A DNA stretch of 37,487 nt, from IMG/VR virus record IMGVR_UViG_3300027612_000463, positions 1-37,487 of that record. One strand, 5' to 3'. The notes under the pieces were generated by a model, which saw only the letters and a list, made by a program, of their open reading frames with translations, did not search any database and had not been told where the DNA came from. The stretch comes from a virus. Taxonomy: Duplodnaviria; Caudoviricetes. Every line of letters starts with the position of its first letter. Position 1 is the stretch's first letter. Shown here in pieces: positions 26,762-35,754 of the stretch. The position numbers and the translations under genes are program-made.

Positions 26762-26951
26762 TCCGTATCACCACTATTGTTCCACTATGAGTTTGTACTT
26801 TACTTATTATACTCTTACGAATTAGATTATTGATAATGGTTTGTTCGCGCTCTAGAAATGATCCAAGCGGGCGGACATCGTCGATGGTTTCCAAAAGAGC
26901 TTTCTCTTCATTGGTCATGTATATCTCATCTACGATGTCTATGATTCTCAT
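26751..26951 (-). CDS. Small hypothetical protein
   Basis: MRIIDIVDE leader; overlaps both neighbours. Confidence 0.65.
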   Translation of the reverse strand: MRIIDIVDEIYMTNEEKALLETIDDVRPLGSFLEREQTIINNLIRKSIISKVQTHSGTIVVIRNDN

Positions 26952-27181
26952 TCTACTTCTACGCTATCGCCAGGTTTAGGTGTTTTAGCAGGATCGCTTT
27001 CAGTGCCAGATTGTGGTTTTTTGTTTAGTTTAATTTTTTTAGTTGCAGGATCTTTGACAAGTGCATTAGGATTCTTTTTAAGATCAACAACCGTTTTAGT
27101 GCCGTCGCCGTTGTCAACAGTTGCTTCGACCCCAGGTTTTACTTTATCAATCTTAGCTGTTGTTATTTCATTTATTTTCAT
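26948..27181 (-). CDS. Small hypothetical protein
   Basis: MKINEI leader; ATGA overlaps. Confidence 0.65.
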   Translation of the reverse strand: MKINEITTAKIDKVKPGVEATVDNGDGTKTVVDLKKNPNALVKDPATKKIKLNKKPQSGTESDPAKTPKPGDSVEVE

Positions 27182-27489
27182 ATTCTTGCACCTCTTCTAT
27201 TTCTAGGCTTAATTCTTCTACGTCCAGTATTCAATCGTCTCAGCTTTTGACTTGCTGGATTTGTACGTTTAGTACGTGTACTCTTAATACTTATCGTCTT
27301 GCCTTTTGAGCGTCTAGTTTTCTTTAGAGTGTTAGATGCTTTAACATTCTTAGGAGCATTACAAGTTGCCGGCTTTGCAACAATACGTCCTTTGCGTGAG
27401 CCACTTGTGCAGCGATACTTGCGAACTGTTTTGTTACCACTCTTGCCGAAGATAGTAGTAACGCCTTCTATAAGCTCACGTAGTAACAT
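27178..27489 (-). CDS. Highly basic protein, paralog of 27489-27785
   Basis: MLLRE; VRKYRC..G.RK.R.VAK...C.A. Confidence 0.75.
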   Translation of the reverse strand: MLLRELIEGVTTIFGKSGNKTVRKYRCTSGSRKGRIVAKPATCNAPKNVKASNTLKKTRRSKGKTISIKSTRTKRTNPASQKLRRLNTGRRRIKPRNRRGARI

Positions 27490-27785
27490 TATCTTCTTCT
27501 CTTGTTTAGAGACTGAACACGCTTACTAGCTGGATTAATACGTTTAGTCTTCTTGGCTTTGCGTATCATTCTTTTGCCTAATCTAGCTTTGGTTTTCTTT
27601 AGTGTTTGACGCTTTTTAATATCAGGTGCTGCAAAACACTGCGACATCTTAGCAACAACACGATTCTTGCGAGGCCCTCCAGAACAACGGAACTTGCGCA
27701 CAACTTTCTTTCCAGAACGTGCCCATGTTTGTCCTTCTTCTAGGATCTCTTCTGCGGGGTCAATAAAAAACTCACGTAATAACAT
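27489..27785 (-). CDS. Highly basic protein, paralog of 27178-27489
   Basis: MLLRE; VRKFRC..G.RK.R.VAK...C.A. Confidence 0.75.
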   Translation of the reverse strand: MLLREFFIDPAEEILEEGQTWARSGKKVVRKFRCSGGPRKNRVVAKMSQCFAAPDIKKRQTLKKTKARLGKRMIRKAKKTKRINPASKRVQSLNKRRR

Positions 27786-27810
27786 ATAGTTATTTATCGT
27801 GAGCGGAAGG

Positions 27811-28047
27811 TTACTGCATAATAATTACAATAAGGGTGGAAAGCAATCCTGCAATGACTGTTCCTGCTGTACCAATTAGTACTTTAGTCATACTAGCCTG
27901 GCCATTTTTAATATCTGTGTGTATTTCTTTAAGGGTATTTTCAACAGTGCTCAAACGATTGTCAAGGTTAGCATAGCGTAGAGCGCATAGATCTACGTGT
28001 GCTTCTAAACTCTGCTTTTCTAATTCTGTTGTCGTATTCTCAGACAT
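27811..28047 (-). CDS. Small coiled-coil + C-terminal TM protein (XhlA/holin-like)
   Basis: LEAHVDLCALRY, heptads, C-terminal hydrophobic helix. Confidence 0.6.
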   Translation of the reverse strand: MSENTTTELEKQSLEAHVDLCALRYANLDNRLSTVENTLKEIHTDIKNGQASMTKVLIGTAGTVIAGLLSTLIVIIMQ

Positions 28048-28135
28048 ATAAACTCCGTTAATGGTTAAAGTAAACTCACAGTTGGCCTTTAGTATAATGT
28101 GTTTTAATATGCCTGGTAGTTTTTAAGCTACAAAG

Positions 28136-28531
28136 TTATTTATCATCTATTACAAAAGATATGTTACATATACTACTATTATTGGTAATAAATTGCGCAT
28201 TATTAAACTTTACAGTTTCTTCTAATCCTGTAATAACTGGTATTAGATCAAAGTCATTTACTAGTGTTTCAATGTCTAATGCGCCTTCATATTCTATATC
28301 AAATGTATAAGCCCACACTTTTTGTTTGTTCTTGTAGGATGTTCCTAGTCCTAGTTTACTAGGCACTTCTTTAACAACTTCAGGTGCTTTAACATACGTT
28401 GGATTTACTCTTAATCCTATTGTTTGCATAATTGTAAGAAAGTTTTGTTGTTGACGATATTTTACAGGATCTTCGCCGCGGCGTGCTCCTGTCTCAGTAA
28501 TATCAACTAGTGTATGCAATGTAAATCTCAT
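28136..28531 (-). CDS. Conserved phage hypothetical protein
   Basis: Start MRFTLHTLVDIT at 28531; QQQNF.T..Q.IGLR motif. Confidence 0.7.
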   Translation of the reverse strand: MRFTLHTLVDITETGARRGEDPVKYRQQQNFLTIMQTIGLRVNPTYVKAPEVVKEVPSKLGLGTSYKNKQKVWAYTFDIEYEGALDIETLVNDFDLIPVITGLEETVKFNNAQFITNNSSICNISFVIDDK

Positions 28532-28547
28532 ACAGTATTTAAGCCAT

Positions 28548-28578
28548 AAAAAAAGAGCCACTTAAAAAGTGACTCTTT
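28548..28578 (-). terminator. Intrinsic terminator
   Basis: AAAGAGTCAC...GTGGCTCTTT then a T-run. Confidence 0.7.
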
Positions 28579-28627
28579 AGTGTGACGCCTGTGTAAGCAA
28601 TCACGGTTCCTAAGGTAGTAAGGAATC

Positions 28628-28969
28628 TTATGAAGTTGCAGTTACGCCAACTAGCGATGTTAGTGCTGTTACTGTTGCAGTTGCACCAGTCACTTGCTCA
28701 GCACGAGCTTTAAGTGTTGCTGCGTCTAGTGCATGTGAATCACCAATGATGATGATATCTTTCTTGTTAGTTGTAACTTCAAACAACATTGCTGTTGAAC
28801 CTAGCTCTTCTGCTAGTGCGCGAGCTGTACCAGGTGTTACAATACCAGCTGATGCTGTATCTTCTGTTAGTGCTGCATCTAGTGCGATTTTCCAACCGCC
28901 TACTTGTGCTGTTGCGAATAGTGTATCTTTTACGATAAGTGTGTTTGCTTTTCTTGCTACTGTAGCCAT
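28628..28969 (-). CDS. Probable abundant virion (head decoration-like) protein
   Basis: Ala/Thr-rich; monocistronic with late promoter 29028-29035, 5' hairpin, AGGAG RBS and terminator. Confidence 0.55.
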   Translation of the reverse strand: MATVARKANTLIVKDTLFATAQVGGWKIALDAALTEDTASAGIVTPGTARALAEELGSTAMLFEVTTNKKDIIIIGDSHALDAATLKARAEQVTGATATVTALTSLVGVTATS

Positions 28970-29059
28970 TTTATATTCTCCTATGATCTAATGGCAAAAC
29001 GCATTTCTCTTGCGTTTTGTATAATATTATTTATCATTTTATGATATTTTTGTGTTTAA

Positions 29060-30001
29060 TTAGCTTCTTTTGGCTCTTTTATGTACCGCTCTTAGCTGTT
29101 GTACATAAGCAGGGCCAGCTTGTACAATATCATCTATCATTTCAATAGCTGGCAAGTATGCCTGCACCATCATAGCACTTGCTGCTTTGCCATCCTTAGC
29201 TTGCTCTAAGAACTTCTTGGTCAGTGCTAGGTTCTTGTCGCCTACTAAATACCTGTACATTGCAAGGTCACTAGGTTTTGTTGCAATGTCGGGTGTTGAT
29301 ACAGTTGGTTCTGGATCTATTACACTTGCTTTTTCTAGGTTCTTAACTGCTGCAAACTTTTCAAAGTCTTCAATAATATCTGAGCTGCGCAGTTTAGCGC
29401 GAACCGCAAATATTAAACGTGTTGATACTAAACGCTTCTCTGCTTTAGTTAGACGTGCAAAGTTAGTTAAGTTTCTGCGTATTGCTTTGTAATCGCTATT
29501 GGTTACGTTGATAGCACTTTCAACTGCCATTAACATACTGTTGACTTGCGAAGGTTCCTTGCCTTGTGCAACTGCATTAATATATCTATTAATAGCTGCT
29601 GTTGGTAGCTTTGTTGTTGATCTTAGACGCTTTGCTGCTTCAGGATCTTTAAGTTTGTCTTGTGCGCTGCCGTCCCCTACAAGGAAGTAGATAAAGTTGT
29701 AGAGGTCAGTACCCATGATGCGATACATTTTGTATAGCTCAAACCCTGCTGTCTTTTTGCAGTAGCGTTGTACATATGCTTTGAAGTCTGGATACTGTCG
29801 CATTGTTTCCAGTGCCAACAGTGTCAAGTACATTCTTTCACCACAGTCAGTATAAGTCAGCTTCTTGGCATTGCCGTTATCTTTGGTCATGCGTGACTCG
29901 TGCAGGTCTCTCAAGAAAGAATAAGGTTCTTCTTTAGTAGGCGTAACTTCATGTCCGCCTTCAATCTCTGCCCACTGTGCTGCGGTATACTTTTCAGTCA
30001 T
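29060..30001 (-). CDS. Conserved phage hypothetical protein
   Basis: Long ORF in the head-gene cluster; L-H-E site near the N-terminus. Confidence 0.75.
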   Translation of the reverse strand: MTEKYTAAQWAEIEGGHEVTPTKEEPYSFLRDLHESRMTKDNGNAKKLTYTDCGERMYLTLLALETMRQYPDFKAYVQRYCKKTAGFELYKMYRIMGTDLYNFIYFLVGDGSAQDKLKDPEAAKRLRSTTKLPTAAINRYINAVAQGKEPSQVNSMLMAVESAINVTNSDYKAIRRNLTNFARLTKAEKRLVSTRLIFAVRAKLRSSDIIEDFEKFAAVKNLEKASVIDPEPTVSTPDIATKPSDLAMYRYLVGDKNLALTKKFLEQAKDGKAASAMMVQAYLPAIEMIDDIVQAGPAYVQQLRAVHKRAKRS

Positions 30002-30459
30002 TACTTACGCTTCGCTGCTCTTGCATCTGCCTGACGTGCAATCTCGTCATCACTTGGTCCATCAAAATCATCTTCTGGTTCGTCTTGTGGCTCAGGATCT
30101 GGAACATTAGCTTTCATATCGCCTGCTTGTTCTGCTTTTTTAATTAGCTTCATGATAGTTGCTTTATCACAGTTGCAGTTACTTTCTAGCTCGCCGAAAA
30201 ATTTTGCAAGCCTTTGCTCTGGGGAGCCTTCGCCTTTTGTTGGATCTTTAATACCAAAAGCAGACCCAACCCGTGTTAGTGCAGAACCGACTGTTCCCAT
30301 TTTGTTCAGCATGCCTAGCTCTTCATCTGACATTTTTGCCAGGCTCCCAGGTTCTCCTGTGCCCATTCCCATTTGTTCAAGTCTACGACCATAAATTGCC
30401 ATCTTTTTGGCAAATGGTGACATGTCATAAGGACCTTCTGTTACTTCATTAATTTTCAT
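30001..30459 (-). CDS. Hypothetical protein with capsid-leader-like N-terminus
   Basis: MKINEVTE; acidic C-terminus. Confidence 0.7.
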   Translation of the reverse strand: MKINEVTEGPYDMSPFAKKMAIYGRRLEQMGMGTGEPGSLAKMSDEELGMLNKMGTVGSALTRVGSAFGIKDPTKGEGSPEQRLAKFFGELESNCNCDKATIMKLIKKAEQAGDMKANVPDPEPQDEPEDDFDGPSDDEIARQADARAAKRK

Positions 30460-30471
30460 TTTTCTACTTCC

Positions 30472-31572
30472 TTAATTTGGTTGCCATCTTGTACGTGGCA
30501 CTAGTTTAGTCTTTGAACCAAGAGCCACGTAACCTTCGCCGCCCTTCTCGCCTTTTGTTGTTGCCTTAACGTCTGCGTCAGCATCGTCTAATTGATCTAT
30601 GATGTGATCCTTAGCAGACATAATCTGTTTTACAAGCCCAAAGATAGCAGGTAATGCTTTTGGATTAGCTTCATTCATTGCTGCTAGTTTTGCTTGCTGT
30701 CCTTGACTTACTTTCGAAGTACTTAGCCAATCAAAGAAACCAGTGTCGATATTCTTCAACTGTTGTGTACGTGTCATATGATTAACATATGTATAGATAA
30801 TTTGTGCAGGACTGCTTAGTCCCTGTGTGCCTTGCAAGAATGTGTCAATTGCTTGTGCATTCTTTTCTGCTGCTGCTCTAATACCTTTAACTTCTGATGT
30901 ATCAACTTTAGGTTGATGAGTAACATAAGTTTGTCCTAATACTACTACGTCTGGACTATTAAGTTCTTGTACATCTTTAAAAGGAGTAGCAGACTTTGAA
31001 CCAAACTCTTCGAGTTTTGTGTGAACTACTACACCGACTTTTGAGTTCGCTATGCGCTCACCGAGAGGGCTCTTCGTATCGACTGTGTACTTGACTTTAT
31101 TTGGTTCAAATTCTACTGCGCCATCTGTTTTAGTAAATGGCTTGCGTGGACTGTAGAGCAAGTCGCCGTACACATATCCACGGAATGTATCTGGAGTGGC
31201 TGATTTCATAAGTTCAAAAACTTCTGCCATCTCTTCACCAAAGTCTTTGCGCCATGGTTCTTCTTCTACACCTTTGCCTGAGTTTTGTATAAAGCGTGAC
31301 AAGTCATCTGCGCTTGTGCTTTTGTTACGACCCCATCCATTCTTGCCTACAAGAACAAACTCACCGTTAGGTTCACGTCCCCAATAGATAGTTGGATTGC
31401 CGTCCCATTTGATAGCAACGTCTGAACTGTCAGTTCCTAACTTATCTAGAATACCTGCTGCTTCAAGAGCACCTTTAGATCCTTTAACAAACACAAGATC
31501 CTCAAGGTGTTGATACTCGCGGCCAACTTTAGCTGCTTCAGTTAAGACTGTACGGAACTCTTGGAATCTCAT
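30472..31572 (-). CDS. RNA-ligase-like nucleotidyltransferase (DUF6267-like)
   Basis: Motif I KWDG, YGDLLY, motif IV GEGYV, motif V KLV; HLEDLVF near the N-terminus. Confidence 0.65.
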   Translation of the reverse strand: MRFQEFRTVLTEAAKVGREYQHLEDLVFVKGSKGALEAAGILDKLGTDSSDVAIKWDGNPTIYWGREPNGEFVLVGKNGWGRNKSTSADDLSRFIQNSGKGVEEEPWRKDFGEEMAEVFELMKSATPDTFRGYVYGDLLYSPRKPFTKTDGAVEFEPNKVKYTVDTKSPLGERIANSKVGVVVHTKLEEFGSKSATPFKDVQELNSPDVVVLGQTYVTHQPKVDTSEVKGIRAAAEKNAQAIDTFLQGTQGLSSPAQIIYTYVNHMTRTQQLKNIDTGFFDWLSTSKVSQGQQAKLAAMNEANPKALPAIFGLVKQIMSAKDHIIDQLDDADADVKATTKGEKGGEGYVALGSKTKLVPRTRWQPN

Positions 31573-32468
31573 CTGTTAAATGCTCCGCTTGACATAACAA
31601 CATTTCCCATGTTGCCACTTAGTTCTTTGATACGTGCAAGCTGTTTGTCTTCTAGTGTAGTATACCCTGTTGGTGCAGACTCAGGTACTTGTTTGCCTGC
31701 CTTTTCCATTGCTTCTTTCCACGGAGCAATAAGCTGTTCGTAGTTTGGATCGCCTTTAAGTTTTGCCAACATACTTTCAACTGTGTGAGTATCTGCTTCT
31801 TTTGCACCTTTGCCTAACAATATTTCTGGAATACCTTTATTCCAGTCGTTGCTAATAACCTTGTCGCCATTATTAGGATCAACTATGCCAAACTTAGGAC
31901 TAAACTTTACTCCACGTCCTCTTGCAATTGCACTTAATAATATAGCTCTATCAGTTCCACCAAACTGATCTGTTCCGCCACGCTTTGCATTGCGTTGATG
32001 TACTGGATCGTCTGTAAACATAAAGTCTGTTTGAACAAATCCATTCTTGTCGCTGCCTGCAATAGGTGTGCGGAAGTGTACTTGATCGCCTGCGTCTTTA
32101 ATCCAGCCGTCATTTTTAGCAACAGCAACACCGTTTATTCTTTTGTTATCTGCTTTACCTAGATTCATAATCTCAGCGTCATCAACGCCTTGACTCTTTA
32201 ACCATACTGTAAGTTTTTTAATTAACTGCGCTTTGCTTACTTTGTTTGCGTCTGTGTTTAGATCTAAGTCACCAGAGCTGTTCTTTTCAAACTCGCCATC
32301 TGGATCAACTTTCTTTCCAGTTGTACCTAACCAATCTTCTTCGTCGAAGGTTAACCCTGTGATCTTTTCTATAAAGTCAATTGATGCTTGCACATCTTTT
32401 GTTGCAATACGCTGAGTAATTGGTCCTTGCTCAGTCTTAAATATGTTGCCGCCTTCTTTAAGAATCAT
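31569..32468 (-). CDS. Pol-beta-superfamily nucleotidyltransferase
   Basis: LGTTGK...SSGDLDL and third Asp in FVQTDFM; MILKEGGN start. Confidence 0.7.
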   Translation of the reverse strand: MILKEGGNIFKTEQGPITQRIATKDVQASIDFIEKITGLTFDEEDWLGTTGKKVDPDGEFEKNSSGDLDLNTDANKVSKAQLIKKLTVWLKSQGVDDAEIMNLGKADNKRINGVAVAKNDGWIKDAGDQVHFRTPIAGSDKNGFVQTDFMFTDDPVHQRNAKRGGTDQFGGTDRAILLSAIARGRGVKFSPKFGIVDPNNGDKVISNDWNKGIPEILLGKGAKEADTHTVESMLAKLKGDPNYEQLIAPWKEAMEKAGKQVPESAPTGYTTLEDKQLARIKELSGNMGNVVMSSGAFNR

Positions 32469-32718
32469 TTTTCTTACTCTCTATTATTCTACCCATACTG
32501 CGTTTAAACTTGCGAGGGTCACTGCTCTTTATACTGTTGATAAAACGTCTTTCTAATTCGCCAGCAGTATCCACATCATATGTAGAATGTATTCTACTTA
32601 ATAGGTTGATGGCGCTTTCAATAATATTATTAGCAGTGGTGTCGATGAGATGGTCACTGTCTCTACGACCGTGAACATTATTAAGTTCTTCGAGTATACT
32701 TCTAGTACGTTTTTTCAT
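32458..32718 (-). CDS. Conserved phage hypothetical protein
   Basis: MKKRTRSILEEL...NIIESAINL...D..KF.R; CTAAATA at 32738-32744. Confidence 0.7.
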   Translation of the reverse strand: MKKRTRSILEELNNVHGRRDSDHLIDTTANNIIESAINLLSRIHSTYDVDTAGELERRFINSIKSSDPRKFKRSMGRIIESKKNDS

Positions 32719-32737
32719 ATTTACTATTCCTATACAG

Positions 32738-32763
32738 TATTTAGTACACATTGCATATAAATA
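32738..32763. promoter_or_regulatory. Divergent late promoters
   Basis: CTAAATA on minus (32744-32738) and TATAAATA on plus (32756-32763). Confidence 0.6.
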
Positions 32764-32786
32764 TTACAAACATTGGAGGGCACATA

Positions 32787-33554
32787 ATGTCAATATCGAG
32801 TATGAATTTCAAGGAAAGATCTCTTCTTTTCGCTAAACTATCTAGTATAGCATATAGTAACATAAAAGACGCAAAAAAACAAGCAAAGATTTTAGGGTTT
32901 ACAACTGTTGAGTTTTACGAAAAAGACGGCGCACAAGCGTATCGCTTTATGAACAAAGAAGATTTAGTGATTGCATGTCGCGGCACTGAACCTACAGAAT
33001 TAAACGATATCAAAGCTGATCTAAGAGCTGTGCCAGTAATGGCAGAAACAATTGGCAGAGTACATGTTGGTTTTAAAACAGAAGTAGATGATCTTTGGCC
33101 TATGGTATGTGACGATATGATTCGCACACAAAATCGAGGCAAGAAGGTTTGGTTCTGTGGTCACAGCTTAGGAGCAGCAATGGCAACTATTATGGCAAGT
33201 CGTTGTATGTTTTATGCAAGCGTTCCTAATCCAGAAGAGCTGTACACATATGGTTCGCCTAGAGTAGGATGGCGCAAGTATGTTAAGAGCCTAGGTGTTG
33301 TGCATCATCGTTGGAAGAACAACAATGACATCGTCACTACTGTTCCTCTTTGGGTAATGGGGTTTGTACATCACGGAACTCAGCACTATCTAAATGCTTA
33401 TGGGCAAGTTAGAAATCCAACAGGCTGGCAACTAGTCAAAGACAAGTGGCGCGGCATGTGGATGGGCATCAAGCAAGGCAAAATAGACAGCTTTGGTGAT
33501 CATTCAATGGAGCAATACATCAAGCACTTAGAGGCGTATGCTCTATCCAAATAA
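32787..33554 (+). CDS. Class 3 lipase (alpha/beta hydrolase)
   Basis: IACRGT, VHVGF, GHSLG nucleophile elbow, YGSPRVG, DIV..VP, DH; GGAGG RBS. Confidence 0.9.
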   Translation: MSISSMNFKERSLLFAKLSSIAYSNIKDAKKQAKILGFTTVEFYEKDGAQAYRFMNKEDLVIACRGTEPTELNDIKADLRAVPVMAETIGRVHVGFKTEVDDLWPMVCDDMIRTQNRGKKVWFCGHSLGAAMATIMASRCMFYASVPNPEELYTYGSPRVGWRKYVKSLGVVHHRWKNNNDIVTTVPLWVMGFVHHGTQHYLNAYGQVRNPTGWQLVKDKWRGMWMGIKQGKIDSFGDHSMEQYIKHLEAYALSK

Positions 33555-34481
33555 ACTGCTAACTGATTCTTCGTTAGTTACACGACGAATAGCTTCACCA
33601 AACAAAGGCGCGACACTAACCTGTCGTGTCTTTTTGCAGTTCTTAGGGCAACGGTCTGCAATGCTGTCAGTAATTACAAGCTCTGTGAGTACACTCTTTT
33701 CAACACGTTGACATGCTTCGCCGCTTAGTACTCCGTGTGTAATATATGCTCTAACACTTAACGCACCTGCATCCATAATAGCTTGTGCTGCATTGCAAAG
33801 TGTTCCGCCACTGTCAATGATGTCGTCAACTAGAATAGCGTGTTTACCTTTAACATCGCCAATTAGATTCATAACTTCGCTCTTGCCTGCTTCAGGCCTG
33901 CGCTTGTCTACAATAGCAATGTCTGCATGGAACATGTCTGCAAACTTCCTAGCACGAACAACGCCGCCGGCGTCCGGGCTTACAAATACTGTGCCTTCGT
34001 CTGTTCCTACATTGTGTCTAATGTCTTTTGCAAACACCAGGCGGCTGGTTAGATCGTCAACTGGAATGTTAAAGAAGCCTTGGATCTGTCCTGCGTGTAG
34101 ATCCATTGTAAGCACTCTGTGTGCGCCTGCTGTCGTTAGCAAGTCTGCTACTAGTTTTGCTGTAATAGGCGTACGACTTGCGCTTTTACGGTCTTGACGT
34201 GCATACCCAAAGTAAGGAATTACTGCTGTAATACGATGAGCACTTGAACGCTTGGCAGCATCGATCATGACCAATAGTTCCATTAAGCTGTCATTTACAG
34301 GTGTAGAAGTGCTTTGCACAATGAATACATCTTCTCCGCGAATGTTGTCTAGAAACTCTACGCTTGTTTCACCGTCAGCAAATGTACTAATCTTGGTAGG
34401 CAATAACGGTGCAAACGAATAGTCTGCAATACTCTGCGCTAGTTGAGGATTAGCGTTTCCTGTGATGATCTTCATTTTCAA
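33543..34481 (-). CDS. prs: Ribose-phosphate pyrophosphokinase
   Basis: [46 protein letters not shown]. Confidence 0.97.
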   Translation of the reverse strand: MKMKIITGNANPQLAQSIADYSFAPLLPTKISTFADGETSVEFLDNIRGEDVFIVQSTSTPVNDSLMELLVMIDAAKRSSAHRITAVIPYFGYARQDRKSASRTPITAKLVADLLTTAGAHRVLTMDLHAGQIQGFFNIPVDDLTSRLVFAKDIRHNVGTDEGTVFVSPDAGGVVRARKFADMFHADIAIVDKRRPEAGKSEVMNLIGDVKGKHAILVDDIIDSGGTLCNAAQAIMDAGALSVRAYITHGVLSGEACQRVEKSVLTELVITDSIADRCPKNCKKTRQVSVAPLFGEAIRRVTNEESVSSLFG

Positions 34482-34519
34482 GCGATTTCCTTTTCGTTGT
34501 TAAGTTAAGCTATAGTGTA

Positions 34520-34547
34520 ATTATACACTCATCGAGTGTTATGTCAA
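34520..34547 (-). promoter_or_regulatory. Sigma70-type promoter for prs
   Basis: TTGACA-16-TATAAT. Confidence 0.65.
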
Positions 34548-34550
34548 GAG

Positions 34551-34578
34551 AAAAGGTTGTGTCGTCGAACACAACCTT
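34551..34578 (-). terminator. Intrinsic terminator
   Basis: AAGGTTGTGT-...-ACACAACCTT then TT. Confidence 0.65.
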
Positions 34579-34587
34579 CCCCTTAGT

Positions 34588-35544
34588 TTAGAATCCGTTT
34601 GGTACTAAAACATAGTGTATCAGCAATACAATAGCAAGTGATGCACTTAGTCCAATCATCATCTTACCAAAGTCTCTGCCCACTAGTGGGAACACACTCT
34701 TTGTTTTCTTCTTGCCCATGAAACTTGCAATAGCAAACTCACGTCCGGCAAGCATACCTACGAACACCCAAGTTGTTGACATTGGAATATCGTTGAGCTC
34801 TTTGAAGAAGAACAAGATTGCCCAGTAAACTAAATCAATAATCGTTGCACTTCTAATGTAACGAGTATTGTGTTTCTCTAGTACAATCTTTTGAATCTTG
34901 CCTCCGCCTTCACGGAACATAAATGCAAGCCCGCCTACAAAGACTACTGAGATCATAAGCATTAGCGGAATGTCAAGTTCACGTGGCAGGAACACTGCAA
35001 TGTTTGCCATATCATGACTTAGCCATGTCCACCATAAGAAGCCTGTAGTAATCCACTGTGCTACTCGCCAGTAAGGTTTGTGTGCTTCGTTAACTGGTTT
35101 GCCTTCATCTAGCCAACGACTAACAAAGAACCAAATACCATATGCTGCTGTTGCTGCAACCACATAGCCCATCATTGATTTAATCAACATCTTTTCTAGC
35201 ACAAAAGTACTTGCGAAAGCACTCAACACTAGGAAGGATGTTGATACAGGTACACCGACCCGTGTCAATAACAGTAGTACGGCAGGTGCCATAGCATGAT
35301 ACCATTGTACTTCTACAAACGGAATCTTGTTCAGTCGTCCATATGAAATGTCTCCATACATATAGTAACCGTACCATAGGGCCCATAATAAAACCGCACT
35401 AGCGGCGGCCCACATAATCTTCCAGTTGAATCTCTCATTGTTAGATGCGATCCATGTACCGAGAGTTTGTACTGAATCATTTGCAATAACCGCATAAGCG
35501 GCGAATAGGAAGCCGACAAGGCTCCATAGGGTGAGTGCGTCCAT
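34588..35544 (-). CDS. Multi-pass membrane transporter, PiT/PHO4-like
   Basis: ~9-10 TM helices; duplicated signature IANDS / SHDMAN and PVSTS / PMSTT. Confidence 0.6.
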   Translation of the reverse strand: MDALTLWSLVGFLFAAYAVIANDSVQTLGTWIASNNERFNWKIMWAAASAVLLWALWYGYYMYGDISYGRLNKIPFVEVQWYHAMAPAVLLLLTRVGVPVSTSFLVLSAFASTFVLEKMLIKSMMGYVVAATAAYGIWFFVSRWLDEGKPVNEAHKPYWRVAQWITTGFLWWTWLSHDMANIAVFLPRELDIPLMLMISVVFVGGLAFMFREGGGKIQKIVLEKHNTRYIRSATIIDLVYWAILFFFKELNDIPMSTTWVFVGMLAGREFAIASFMGKKKTKSVFPLVGRDFGKMMIGLSASLAIVLLIHYVLVPNGF

Positions 35545-35677
35545 TGATTTCTCCTTTGCTTGACAGCTTCAACACTGTCGCTCACATTGTAGGTAGGCTC
35601 GACGTTGCCTACGATCTATTTATATTAACATTGTTTATCTGTGTGTCAATCAATACATTAGAAAATTTAATGAGATC

Positions 35678-35754
35678 CATGCAAAAATAACATGACGGGT
35701 ATGCGCAAATAACCGTTGATTTTTGTCAACATCTATTATACTATAGTATAAATA
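35678..35754 (+). promoter_or_regulatory. Regulatory region: LysR-type box, FNR-like box/-35, -10 and late promoter
   Basis: CATG-N9-CATG (T-N11-A) 35678-35694; TTGAT-N4-GTCAA 35716-35729; TACTAT 35739-35744; TATAAATA 35747-35754. Confidence 0.45.
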
